Shown here: piece after piece, positions 14,318 to 28,445 of the stretch
Layout: every line of letters starts with the position of its first letter
Position numbering within the stretch: position 1 is the stretch's first letter
Assembly: GCF_001194135.2 (NCBI RefSeq)
Contig: NC_068994.1
Coordinates: forward strand, 6,353,808 to 6,417,720
Source of the DNA: Octopus bimaculoides
Lineage: Eukaryota
Length of the DNA stretch: 63,913 bases
Direction of reading: 5' to 3'
Notes under the pieces: model-generated
Told to the model about the DNA's origin: nothing
Database searches by the model: none
Seen by the model: the letters and a program-made list of their open reading frames with translations, nothing else
Translations under genes and position numbers: made by a program

Positions 14318-15138
14318 GTATACGACATAGCCACAAATGTGGCTGTGTGGTAAGAAGTTTCTTTCTTGTTCACGCCGTCCCGGGTTCAGACCCACTGGGC
14401 CGACCAAAACTTCGTGAATGAATTTGGTAGACGGAAACTGAAAGAAGCCTATCGTGCATATAATCCAGGGTTATTTCTGGCAGGTCAAGGAACAGATTAG
14501 AGTTTCTCCTCCTTCTCTCTCCTTTTCTNNNNNNNNNNNNNNNNNNNNNNNNNNNNNNNNNNNNNNNNNNNNNNNNNNNNNNNNNNNNNNNNNNNNNNNN
14601 NNNNNNNNNNNNNNNNNNNNNNNNNNNNNNNNNNNNNNNNNNNNNNNNNNNNNNNNNNNNNNNNNNNNNNNNNNNNNNNNNNNNNNNNNNNNNNNNNNNN
14701 NNNNNNNNNNNNNNNNNNNNNNNNNNNNNNNNNNNNNNNNNNNNNNNNNNNNNNNNNNNNNNNNNNNNNNNNNNNNNNNNNNNNNNNNNNNNNNNNNNNN
14801 NNNNNNNNNNNNNNNNNNNNNNNNNNNNNNNNNNNNNNNNNNNNNNNNNNNNNNNNNNNNNNNNNNNNNNNNNNNNNNNNNNNNNNNNNNNNNNNNNNNN
14901 NNNNNNNNNNNNNNNNNNNNNNNNNNNNNNNNNNNNNNNNNNNNNNNNNNNNNNNNNNNNNNNNNNNNNNNNNNNNNNNNNNNNNNNNNNNNNNNNNNNN
15001 NNNNNNNNNNNNNNNNNNNNNNNNNNNNNNNNNNNNNNNNNNNNNNNNNNNNNNNNNNNNNNNNNNNNNNNNNNNNNNNNNNNNNNNNNNNNNNNNNATA
15101 TATATATATATATATATGGATGGATGGATGGATGGATG

Positions 15139-15187
<49 letters not shown>

Positions 15188-18100
15188 AATTAAATAGAGA
15201 GATACAATTGACAATTCAATAATTTATATATATTATAATTTAACGTAATATAAATATACTATGAATATAATATAACATAATATAACAAATATATAAATAA
15301 TATAACATAAACAATTATTAAAACATCAAAAGGCCAACAATTTGTTTTGGCTTATATACAATATTTTGATGAATATATTGGTGGTGATGATGCTGATGCT
15401 GGTCGTGCGAGTTGATGAAATTAATAATTCAGAGTGAGAAGAATCTAGATAGGGGACTCAAAGCCGTTCTAATTCAATCCCCAATCACGAACGTTCGTAC
15501 GCCCGCACGCCCCGCACGCCCGCATGCCCGCACGTCCGCACACACTCCGGTGCTAATCTCGAATCAATCTTTACTGCTGCAACACTTATGTTTACACGTA
15601 ACAGATTACGCATTCCTCTTGTTTAAACTATTATATTTGCATGTTAGCTATTCATATTTCCCCATCGAACTCCGACCCCCACCACCACCACCATCGCGTA
15701 TGTCGTATTTATCACTCTGTGAGACGAACATTTGGGAACATATTCAACACAGTTGATTATCCTTATAACCCCACGACAGTTCTGATCAAGCTGACCTCAC
15801 GACGCATGTTTTTAATAGATTCCTGCCACAGACACATACAAACATACAAACAGACCCGTTCAGTTGCTATGGTTTTCTTATGACGAAACTTTAATCGTTC
15901 AACCGCCATTAATTAAAATTTTCGTTTGTTTGTTAATTTGTTTGTTTGCTTCTTTTTTTTCTAAGTTGCCTTCATTTTCCACAAACAATTCTGATTTAAG
16001 TGGATTGCAACGGGTTTATTAAGCTGTCATTTATCGCTAATTAAAAAGATATAAATCGTAAGATATCGTTCTTTTATCGTTTATCTTTCTTATCTTTCAT
16101 TTTGTTCCAGTCGTCTTTGGACTGAGGCCATGCTGAGGCACCGCCTTGAAAGGTTTTTAGGTGAACAAAACGATCCCCAGTACTTACATTTTATGAAGTC
16201 TTGTACTTATTCTATCGATCCTTTTTGCCGAACCGCTAGGTTACTGGGACGTTAAAGAAACTAATACCGGTTTTCAAGCGGAGACAGAGGGCAAACACCA
16301 CATAAACACAGAGACAGGCATACACACGTCCCATCCCCCCACCACCACACATAACAAAAATAGGGATGCAAAGAATCAGACAGAGCTCGCTTGCTTTTTG
16401 TGGTAGAGTTGATGTTTTAACTTACCATGAATTGTTCTGAAGAGTAGCCTGTTGGTTATGTTACAACACAATCATATGTGTGTTTTTAAATGGCTTATAA
16501 ACACCTTCCGTGCTGCAATTGTTTTTATTTCAGCACACGATATCAGATCAGGTCACTTGCTATGCAAGTACATCTCCGTAAATTTTAATTGTAGTGATTT
16601 GGAATAAAACCTGTTCTTTCTATCTTCTTGCATTAAAATTCTCATGTACGCTAAATCCACGTTTTTTATTCTCTTTCTGTTTATTNNNNNNNNNNNNNNN
16701 NNNNNNNNNNNNNNNNNNNNNNNNNNNNNNNNNNNNNNNNNNNNNNNNNNNNNNNNNNNNNNNNNNNNNNNNNNNNNNNNNNNNNNNNNNNNNNNNNNNN
16801 NNNNNNNNNNNNNNNNNNNNNNNNNNNNNNNNNNNNNNNNNNNNNNNNNNNNNNNNNNNNNNNNNNNNNNNNNNNNNNNNNNNNNNNNNNNNNNNNNNNN
16901 NNNNNNNNNNNNNNNNNNNNNNNNNNNNNNNNNNNNNNNNNNNNNNNNNNNNNNNNNNNNNNNNNNNNNNNNNNNNNNNNNNNNNNNNNNNNNNNNNNNN
17001 NNNNNNNNNNNNNNNNNNNNNNNNNNNNNNNNNNNNNNNNNNNNNNNNNNNNNNNNNNNNNNNNNNNNNNNNNNNNNNNNNNNNNNNNNNNNNNNNNNNN
17101 NNNNNNNNNNNNNNNNNNNNNNNNNNNNNNNNNNNNNNNNNNNNNNNNNNNNNNNNNNNNNNNNNNNNNNNNNNNNNNNNNNNNNNNNNNNNNNNNNNNN
17201 NNNNNNNNNNNNNNNNNNNNNNNNNNNNNNNNNNNNNNNNNNNNNNNNNNNNNNNNNNNNNNNNNNNNNNNNNNNNNNNNNNNNNNNNNNNNNNNNNNNN
17301 NNNNNNNNNNNNNNNNNNNNNNNNNNNNNNNNNNNNNNNNNNNNNNNNNNNNNNNNNNNNNNNNNNNNNNNNNNNNNNNNNNTCTCCCCCTCTCCCCCTC
17401 TCTCCCCCCTCTCTCTCTTCACATTCTTCATCTTATTCATACTGATAGTTTTAACAACCATTGTCAAAAGCAATAATTGAAAGAAGCCACATAATCTTTC
17501 AGTCAGAGAATGGTTGTGTTCCGTCGACTCAAAATATTAAATTCAATACTTTTATATGTCACATATGGCAGTGCTCCAGCATGACCTAACAACGTTGGTT
17601 AAAAACAAAGCAAAGAGCCAATGAACATATCAAACTACGATCGATTTACCGGTTTGTGTAGTTACTAGTATGTTTATTCATTTATATATTTATTCATTAA
17701 TATCTTTAATATTTTCTTTGTACTAGTTTGTGTTGAGATCAAAGGAATCTTAACATTTCGTTGTATGAAATAACACAAAGGAGAACTCAGTGGAACGATA
17801 TTATTTGTAAAACAATTGCTTAAAATCTCCACTACAAAAGAGTGCATTGAGGTTATGCCAGCCAAGAAAGTAGAATACTAACAGACGACATTTTAAACAA
17901 ATCTCTCGCTATTGAAACGATAATACCGTAACAAGAATTTCCATGAAGGATTTCTGTACATTTTCTACTGCGTGTTTATATAGTCTTATAGCATTTTTCT
18001 TTTTTTTTACCCGGGCATTCACCTCTATTTAAATCTTATCCTCTCTTACGTGCCTTCCTTGTTCAAATAGCCAGGGTTAACAGCTATAATAAAACTGATA

Positions 18101-20454
18101 TTTAAGAATAAAACGATAATTTTCAATCAAGGAAATTTTGTGTTCTCTTCACTTTTAAGATTAAATTGATATTTTATGGTTAGTCTATCAAAGTAATGGT
18201 ATTTATTTATTTATTTATTTATTTATTCATTTATGTCTTTCTGTTTTCTTTGTACTCGTTTGTTTCAAGATGAAAGAAGTCTTAGAGTTAGGTTTTGAAA
18301 AATGATACAAAAGAGAACACATTGTAGAGCCACATTATCTACAAAACAATTGCATAAAGATCTCCACCACAAAAGAGCTTCTCGAAGCAGACGGCCATAT
18401 ACGAGGCAGCAGCAAACAAGAAACTAGAATGTTCAGGATAAAATTTAGATAAAACTGAAATGAAATCTATGAAGCAATGAAACTATCATAAACTAAGATT
18501 ATTCCGTGTTATATCGATGTCATCTTGAAGATATGTTAATTAAAAATATCTCATATTTTTGTTCTTTTTTCTCTATTGCCGCCTTTTTTTTTTTTTTTTT
18601 GAAAAATTGCGATTGAAGTGTATTGCAGTGAGTTTATTAAGCTGTCATTTATCGCTAATTAAAATGATATAAATCGAAAGATTTTTATAATTAGCGTTCT
18701 TTGTCTTGCCAATGAAGTATCGTTTGATTATAGCCTTTACAAAGGCCGTTTAGCTAAAACAATTCTAAATTACCAGAGCTCTGTGGAAATCTATGAGCTA
18801 TCCATTTATCAATATTATTTCAATAATAATTCAATATAAAACAACACTATCAAATCATTCAGTGAAGCACACATCATCAAATATACACCATACCACACGT
18901 CACACATTACATACACATCGTTAAACACAACCACACACGCACTCACTCTTAGAGACACATATGCAGACATACACGAGTGTGCGTACATAGACATGTATGC
19001 ATACAGAAACATGTTCACAAATACATAGCTACATCACTACACATACATACATACATACATACATACATACGTACGTACATTCTACATTCTACTTCGTACG
19101 TACTTTTGCATTCTTTCGCACAGACATAGAAAGATAGGCGTACACATCACACAAGACTAAGTAAATGAAAAGAAGAAAAAAGAGAGGGAGAGATAGATAA
19201 AGTGTGTGTGTGTGTGTGTGTGAGCGAGAGAGAGAGAGAGCAAAAGAAACAGAGAAGGTCAAATTGCAATAATGAAAGAAAGAACGAAAGAATGAAAGAA
19301 TGGAAGAATGGAAGAATGGAAAATATAGAGAAAACATGAAAGCGAGAGATATAAATAGTTGCAACGTAATGACTTACAAAGCTAGAAGAAAAGATTGGGA
19401 AAAAGAAAGACAGTATGATAATTATATACACGAGTTCTTGGTTTATGGAAGTTTTATTATTTATGTTATACTATATATTGATGTTACGTGATTAATCCTT
19501 CTCAGGGATTCTGATTCTGATTAGGGTAATACTTATTTAAGGGTTTCGAACTGAGGGAGGTGTTGTTAGTTTTGTAGTTATTTCCTGTGTGTGCTGTTTA
19601 GTGTGTACGACTGCTTACTGGTGAATTCAGAGATCCATGTTAAGACCATCATCATCCAGTCCGGTTCTAGTAAAACGTTGGTCGTGGTTACTACTCTACT
19701 TGGTGGTTGTTACTGGTTAAGGTATACAGTGGGGGGGGGGGAGTAAAGGTGGAGGCAGGGGTGGTGAGGATACAGCATCGTAAACACAAAACAGAGTGAA
19801 ACCTGCTTAGAAAACAAATGAAATGAACTGAATTTTGTGCTTCTCATACGTTTTCTCATAAATACATATACATGTGTATATATGTACATGTATANNNNNN
19901 NNNNNNNNNNNNNNNNNNNNNNNNNNNNNNNNNNNNNNNNNNNNNNNNNNNNNNNNNNNNNNNNNNNNNNNNNNNNNNNNNNNNNNNNNNNNNNNNNNNN
20001 NNNNNNNNNNNNNNNNNNNNNNNNNNNNNNNNNNNNNNNNNNNNNNNNNNNNNNNNNNNNNNNNNNNNNNNNNNNNNNNNNNNNNNNNNNNNNNNNNNNN
20101 NNNNNNNNNNNNNNNNNNNNNNNNNNNNNNNNNNNNNNNNNNNNNNNNNNNNNNNNNNNNNNNNNNNNNNNNNNNNNNNNNNNNNNNNNNNNNNNNNNNN
20201 NNNNNNNNNNNNNNNNNNNNNNNNNNNNNNNNNNNNNNNNNNNNNNNNNNNNNNNNNNNNNNNNNNNNNNNNNNNNNNNNNNNNNNNNNNNNNNNNNNNN
20301 NNNNNNNNNNNNNNNNNNNNNNNNNNNNNNNNNNNNNNNNNNNNNNNNNNNNNNNNNNNNNNNNNNNNNNNNNNNNNNNNNNNNNNNNNNNNNNNNNTAT
20401 ATATATATATATATATATATACATACATACATACTGCATACATACATACATACA

Positions 20455-20487
<33 letters not shown>

Positions 20488-23400
20488 TTGGGAAAAAAAA
20501 ATGAATAGAAATGACTTTTCTGATAATTTTTCCACTTTAATAATTAGACGTTTATAAGTTTACAAAAGGTGACTGATTATAAACATCTAATTATTAAAGT
20601 GGAAAAAATTATCAGAAAAACCATTTCAATTCATTTCATTTTTTTCTAATACACTATACCAAGGACTTTCTATTTCTTATTCTACTATATATATATATAT
20701 ATAAAAGACATTTGTTTTTAAAAACGATGTACAAAACCAAAAATTGCTCCTTAAATCTGCTTTTCTCGCCATTCAATGAAAACATAATCACACATCTACT
20801 CTTCGATGTTCTCCACGGAAACGTAGTCTGTATTGCAGATCAATACATATGTCTTCATTGATTCAATGACGAGTCGATTGATTGATTTTGTTGTTGTTGT
20901 TGTTGTTTTATTTCAGTTAAAGAATCCGATTATTTTACTTGATTCGGCCATTGGATTAAGCCCATGCTGGGGCACTGCCTCCACGTACAACAAATAGACC
21001 TCCCCCCCAGTACTTATTCTTTTAAGTATGGGACTTATTCTATCGGACAGTTTATGATGATGATGATGACGACGATGACGATGACGATGACGATGACAAT
21101 GACGACGATGATGATGATAATGATGGTGATGGTGATGATGATGATGGTGATGGCAAAGAAGACTAAACGGAGTCGGTTTGAGAGACAGATTATCTTCCTC
21201 CCCCCACTCATGGTCTAATGAAAGTGATATCCGATACACTTTGGTATTAATGGCATGTAGGTATGATTGATAATTTATCTGATAGACCAATGGACTTGTT
21301 GTGCAGTGAGATTCTATACAGGCTGTTATTAAACATCACTTCTCTTCTGCCATCCGTAACAGAATTCCTTTGGGAGGTTAACGTTAAACAAATAGACTGT
21401 TGGACAGAGAAAAAAAAAAACCATCACTGTACTTTCCATCTGTCCGCCATTACATTCTGTTTTTTTTTTTGTTTATTCTTTTTTTATTTGTGTGCATGTT
21501 TGTGTGTGTGTGTGTGTTTCTATTCTTCTGCTCCACATTCCGATGCACACCCTATTCATTCCTTCAGTCAATCGTTCTTTCGTTCTCCCTTAATTCATTC
21601 ATTCTATACAAACATACATTAGTAATATATATATNNNNNNNNNNNNNNNNNNNNNNNNNNNNNNNNNNNNNNNNNNNNNNNNNNNNNNNNNNNNNNNNNN
21701 NNNNNNNNNNNNNNNNNNNNNNNNNNNNNNNNNNNNNNNNNNNNNNNNNNNNNNNNNNNNNNNNNNNNNNNNNNNNNNNNNNNNNNNNNNNNNNNNNNNN
21801 NNNNNNNNNNNNNNNNNNNNNNNNNNNNNNNNNNNNNNNNNNNNNNNNNNNNNNNNNNNNNNNNNNNNNNNNNNNNNNNNNNNNNNNNNNNNNNNNNNNN
21901 NNNNNNNNNNNNNNNNNNNNNNNNNNNNNNNNNNNNNNNNNNNNNNNNNNNNNNNNNNNNNNNNNNNNNNNNNNNNNNNNNNNNNNNNNNNNNNNNNNNN
22001 NNNNNNNNNNNNNNNNNNNNNNNNNNNNNNNNNNNNNNNNNNNNNNNNNNNNNNNNNNNNNNNNNNNNNNNNNNNNNNNNNNNNNNNNNNNNNNNNNNNN
22101 NNNNNNNNNNNNNNNNNNNNNNNNNNNNNNNNNNNNNNNNNNNNNNNNNNNNNNNNNNNNNNNNNNNNNNNNNNNNNNNNNNNNNNNNNNNNNNNNNNNN
22201 NNNNNNNNNNNNNNNNNNNNNNNNNNNNNNNNNNNNNNNNNNNNNNNNNNNNNNNNNNNNNNNNNNNNNNNNNNNNNNNNNNNNNNNNNNNNNNNNNNNN
22301 NNNNNNNNNNNNNNNNNNNNNNNNNNNNNNNNNNNNNNNNNNNNNNNNNNNNNNNNNNNNNNNNNNNNNNNNNNNNNNNNNNNNNNNNNNNNNNNNNNNN
22401 NNNNNNNNNNNNNNNNNNNNNNNNNNNNNNNNNNNATATCCATGACAGAAGAAAATAAATCGAATAGATGAATTAATTCAATAAATGAGTGAAATTATCT
22501 TGATGGAATATTTAACCCATTTATAACTGGAGGATAAAGAATATTTTTGGTGGAAATAATTTCCTTTTTTCGTTCCCACTCATACGAACGCTAACAGCGT
22601 GCTCACATATGCACATACACACTCACTCTTTCATGCACACACACACACACACACACATACAGCTAATTGTCGCCTGTGCTTCTGCGTGTGCGTGTGTTCG
22701 CGCGAATAGCGTTCGTATGTGTATGAGTGTGTGCATGTGTGCACGTACTACTAGTGTTCATTTGAGCGTCTCTTTCTCTCTGTTTCTGTCTGTCTGTCTA
22801 TCCCTCCCCCCTCTCTCTCTCTTTCTCACACACACACACACACTTCTACAATCCCCTTTCCCCAGCACGACAGATTGTTTACACCACAGGAATGTATCGT
22901 TAGCACTTAAACACAATAGATAATATAACAAATATACCACATATGAATATAATCTATGCCAGATTTTGAGTGATGTATTCTAAACGCACTCATTATCTTT
23001 CGATCTAATCTTGCTTGGTCGGTTAGTAGTCAATTGAGAATAATATATAACTATAACTTATTACTAGGACAGCTAAAGTTACCTTATTATTGCATTATTA
23101 TTTACTTCATTTAAGCTCTGTTTGTAGTATTAATCTAATACCTCTATGCCATTCTTTCCTAACCTCTCCTTTCATGTGTATATGCTGTACTGCACTTTGT
23201 GAATATCATTGATCCTAAATATTTATAAGTCTGTGCTTGGTCTAATTCTTTTATCTCAGTTTTCTTTGTCTTAGCATGACATTAATGTTCTTAATTAATT
23301 TTCTTCTCTTCAAAGTTACAATGGCGGATTTTCGCTATTCTGGGTCTCGTATCATTTTCTTTTGTAAATCTAGTACAGCATATTTCCTTATTTATACCTC

Positions 23401-25122
23401 CGCATACAACGATTATTACTGTTCATGTTCATCACCACCACCGCCGCCGCCGCCACCACCACCACCACCACCACCACNNNNNNNNNNNNNNNNNNNNNNN
23501 NNNNNNNNNNNNNNNNNNNNNNNNNNNNNNNNNNNNNNNNNNNNNNNNNNNNNNNNNNNNNNNNNNNNNNNNNNNNNNNNNNNNNNNNNNNNNNNNNNNN
23601 NNNNNNNNNNNNNNNNNNNNNNNNNNNNNNNNNNNNNNNNNNNNNNNNNNNNNNNNNNNNNNNNNNNNNNNNNNNNNNNNNNNNNNNNNNNNNNNNNNNN
23701 NNNNNNNNNNNNNNNNNNNNNNNNNNNNNNNNNNNNNNNNNNNNNNNNNNNNNNNNNNNNNNNNNNNNNNNNNNNNNNNNNNNNNNNNNNNNNNNNNNNN
23801 NNNNNNNNNNNNNNNNNNNNNNNNNNNNNNNNNNNNNNNNNNNNNNNNNNNNNNNNNNNNNNNNNNNNNNNNNNNNNNNNNNNNNNNNNNNNNNNNNNNN
23901 NNNNNNNNNNNNNNNNNNNNNNNNNNNNNNNNNNNNNNNNNNNNNNNNNNNNNNNNNNNNNNNNNNNNNNNNNNNNNNNNNNNNNNNNNNNNNNNNNNNN
24001 NNNNNNNNNNNNNNNNNNNNNNNNNNNNNNNNNNNNNNNNNNNNNNNNNNNNNNNNNNNNNNNNNNNNNNNNNNNNNNNNNNNNNNNNNNNNNNNNNNNN
24101 NNNNNNNNNNNNNNNNNNNNNNNNNNNNNNNNNNNNNNNNNNNNNNNNNNNNNNNCATAATTGGAATAAGAAACAAAAGTTTTGAAAAAAAATTCTGAAA
24201 TAAATAAAAATAGATAAAATACAAAAAAAAAATCATTTTTCAACGCAGCAACAAAAACAACAACAGCAACAACAATGAAACTCAATTACAATGGAATAGG
24301 ACATGCGGTGGTGGGGGGAGGGGGAGGAATACTTAGTAAAATAAAATAACCTCCTAAAATTTTAAATATATAATAAAATATAAAAAAACACACTCACCTC
24401 TCCCAAAACAACAACAACATTAAATAAACTCAAAAAAAAACAAAAAAACCATCCTACCCTAACTTTTAAAAAATTATTAAAACAAGCAGAAAAAAAAACA
24501 GAAAAAAAAATACAACCAAAACCGAGAAGAAATAAAATTCATAGAATAAAGTAAAAAAAAAAATTAATAAATTGTAAAATAAAATTAAATAATTATAAAT
24601 AGAAAGAAGTTAAATAAAATACGATAAAATATTCCGCTACACCCCAGAATTTAATGAATTACTAGAAAATAAGAGGAAAATACGAAAATGTGTGTGTGGG
24701 GGGGGGACGTGAATAAAGGGACGGGAAGGAAGGAAGTTAATTTAAATTGAATTAAAAGCTTCAGTAAAAACCAATAAATTAATAAATAATTTAATATAAA
24801 TCGAAGTAATTATAACACAAAAGTATGTAAATGCGTGTGTATTTGAGTATGTGTGTGTGTGTGTGTATGTATATATAAGGGTATATATATGTGTGTATGA
24901 GTGTGTATATATATATATGGATATATATGTGTGTGTGTGTGTATGATATATACATACATATATATGTGTGTATGTATATATAAGGGTATATACATATGTG
25001 TGTATGAATATGTATATATATGTATATATATATAGCTGTGTGTGTGTATGAATGTATGTATATATATATATATATTTGTGTGTGTGTGTGTATGAGTGTG
25101 TGTGTGTATGAGTGTGTGTATA

Positions 25123-25193
<71 letters not shown>

Positions 25194-25747
25194 ATGAGTG
25201 TTGATATATATATATATATGCATGTGTATATATATTTCTGCATATATGCATGTATACATGTATTTATGTATGTATTTATGTATGTATAGATAGACTCTCT
25301 ATATGTATAAATGTGTGTGTGTGCGTGAGTATGTGTGTGTCTGTATGTGAGAGTGTCGATTTGTATGCGTAATCGTGTGTGTGTATGACTGTTTGTGTGC
25401 ATGCACGTGTATATATGTATGTACACACCTAAGTCCGTTTGCATGTATAGTTGTGTATGTGCGCGCGCTCGCGTGTATTTGCGGGAGAAGAGAGAAAAAG
25501 AGACAGAAAGCTGAGAATGGATGCAAATTAAAAGCAAATAATGATAAAGATGGAGGCGAAGAAAAAAGTTTCTAATTTAAAGAAAACATCAAAATAACTA
25601 ACAAATAAACTTGAAAACAATATAGAAAACCTTTACACACACACACACTCATGTTTATGTTACTTAAGTTTATATATATGTATGTGTATATGTATATATA
25701 TCTTATATATATATACCGTTATATTATATATAAAACTTTCTATATAT

Positions 25748-25874
<127 letters not shown>

Positions 25875-25916
25875 TATAGATATAGATATATGTATATATA
25901 TGTATATATATATGTT

Positions 25917-25958
<42 letters not shown>

Positions 25959-26877
25959 TTTGTGTATATATATGTGTGTGTGTGTTTGTCTATATATACA
26001 TCTATATATGTATTTATACACACATACGCACAGACACATACATACATACATACATACATACACAGACAGACAGACAGATAGATAGATAGACAGACAGACA
26101 GACAGGCATGTATAGGCTGTGCAAATCCTAATGATGCGCTGCCGTTTCAGATTTCTTGCGATATGAGGGGGTAGGGATGAATAACTCTCCACTGAAGCCA
26201 ACGAATCATTGGAAATCTAGTGGAAGTTTCCGCCTTTTGTTCACTAGGAGGAGAAAACGGAGAAACAGGAAGAGGGAGGGGGAAGAAAGAGGTGAATTGG
26301 ATCTTGGTTTTTCTCATTTGGCCTTTCCCCAGGCGCTTTATTGGTAGTGTTTGAATGTCAGCATAGAGAAATTAATCGAGGCGACCATTATCTGTTAATT
26401 ATAAACACTTCAGTAAGTTAGTGAATTAATTTAGCTTGCTAGAAGGAAGAAGAGAGGCTTGATATTTCGGGCAAGGATACCTTCATCAGCGAAGGAGTGG
26501 AATCAGCAATTAATTACACTGACATCTCGGTTCTGCGAGCTGTTCGCTGATTATATCGTAAAAAAAGTTTTGTTACAGCTTTACGCACCTGTAAATTCCC
26601 AATGCGCATGCGCCAACAAGACCTTCAGTGGATGTGTTAGACTATTGTATTGATTCCGTTACTTGACTGGGACTTCGTTTTAACGACTTTAAAAGAATAA
26701 AAGACAAAGTTGACTGCAGCTTGATTGAACTCGGAACAAACACTGCTGCTGCTATAGAGTTGAAAATTTCTTTTGAATAGAAAATTTATTGGTTGGAATT
26801 TTTGTATCCAAAAGGACGAAAAAGTTCTTCAACTCAATAGTCACATGACGTAGCTTTATTTGTGCCTCGAGATATAG

Positions 26878-26919
<42 letters not shown>

Positions 26920-26991
26920 TCGACTATGTACCTGAGACTACGCATGCGCGACTGTTAGTATGCCTGTGATCGAGTGCATATAAAGCTATCT

Positions 26992-27530
26992 TTACACACG
27001 GCGGCCATTTTAGATGGACGTTGACTCTTACTGCCTGACCATTTACATTAAGCTGAATTCATTTAGATAGCAATGTTATGCCTCCATTCATCTTCCCACA
27101 TGATCTCAGACTCAACACAGAGTCCTACATCAAGTGCCTGGAGGAGGTAGTGCTGCCTTGGAACAAGACGGTGGGTGCTGGAAGACCGTATCTCTGGCAA
27201 CAGGATTCTGCGCCATGCCACACAATCAGGAGAACCCAGTCATGGATCTGTCAGACAATTTCTGCGACCACATCACCCCTAACATCTGGCCACCTAACTC
27301 CCCAGACTGCAACCCCTTCTGTTATTATGTGTGGAGCACAGTTGAGCGAGAGACCAACAAAACTCCTTGTAACACCAAAGATGAACTGAAGGCAAAGATT
27401 ATGGCAATATTGACCAACTTAAAGAAGGTGACCATCCAGAAGAGTTGCAGGAGATTCCGAAGTCGTCTGGAGGCCGTGGTTGAAGCCAATGGTGATTTTA
27501 TTGAATAAATTTACTCTTTAGTATTTCAAG
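26992..27530 (+). mobile_element. Dead Tc1/mariner (DD37D maT-type) transposase fragment; right end runs into a gap
   Basis: 27078-27508 over two frames: WQQDSAPCHT...SW / LSDNFCDHITPNIWPPNSPDCNPFCYYVW...RRFRSRLEAVVEANGDFIE*. There are 37 residues between the second catalytic D and the third position, which is C instead of D. One frameshift near 27246. Left boundary uncertain. Confidence 0.85.
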
Positions 27531-28402
27531 NNNNNNNNNNNNNNNNNNNNNNNNNNNNNNNNNNNNNNNNNNNNNNNNNNNNNNNNNNNNNNNNNNNNNN
27601 NNNNNNNNNNNNNNNNNNNNNNNNNNNNNNNNNNNNNNNNNNNNNNNNNNNNNNNNNNNNNNNNNNNNNNNNNNNNNNNNNNNNNNNNNNNNNNNNNNNN
27701 NNNNNNNNNNNNNNNNNNNNNNNNNNNNNNNNNNNNNNNNNNNNNNNNNNNNNNNNNNNNNCGTGTGTGTGTGTGTGTGTGTGTGTGTTTGATGTCCATG
27801 GTCATTCGTTGGACGAACAAATAAATATATAATAACAATAATAATAATAATAATAATAATAATACTCAGACAAATACATAACAAAAATACCAGGACTTAC
27901 AAATATATGTAACATACAGAAAATTGCACTACTGGGTACTGCACACATTCTACGCAAAACACCTTCAATACAGTAAACATAAGAGCACCACAGCAAACCA
28001 CAGCACATACCCAAGGCGCACAGAGCTGCGCTCGGTAGTGAAGTGAAAGCACGTTATAAAAATAAAACTACTGAACAATAATAATAATAATAATAATAAT
28101 ACGGACGAAGAAATATATAGAAATATAAATATATATGTATATGTATGTATGTATGTATATGTATATGTATATATGTAAACGATTTTAACTTTCGCATATA
28201 TTAGTTTTGTTCTCCCCCACCACCTCCTTTCTATTAAATTTCCGACTTGTTTAACCCAGCTCCGCATTAATTATGCATGCTAATGTCCTGGTCGTGAATA
28301 TTTTAGCTGAGAGTTAAATACAGGGAGAACAACACTTTTGTCATGGTTATTATAATATATCTGAGGCTAGACATGTTTTGAAAAGTGTTTGGGCTAACAC
28401 TT

Positions 28403-28445
<43 letters not shown>

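Noticed and set aside
19728-19770. G-rich run with G-quadruplex potential; also long (AT)n and (GT)n tracts as cruciform or Z-DNA
   Set aside because: Such tracts are ubiquitous across the window; nothing marks these as functional.
24156-24740. Extremely A-skewed stretch next to a gap
   Set aside because: No periodicity or motif; it may be low-quality sequence at a contig edge.
26461-26490. Minus-strand CTGATGA-AGGTATCCTTGCCC-GAAA-TATC hammerhead-like motif
   Set aside because: The core words are present, but 10.1-11.1 is an A-C mismatch and helix I cannot form in register (G-A and C-A at the first two positions).
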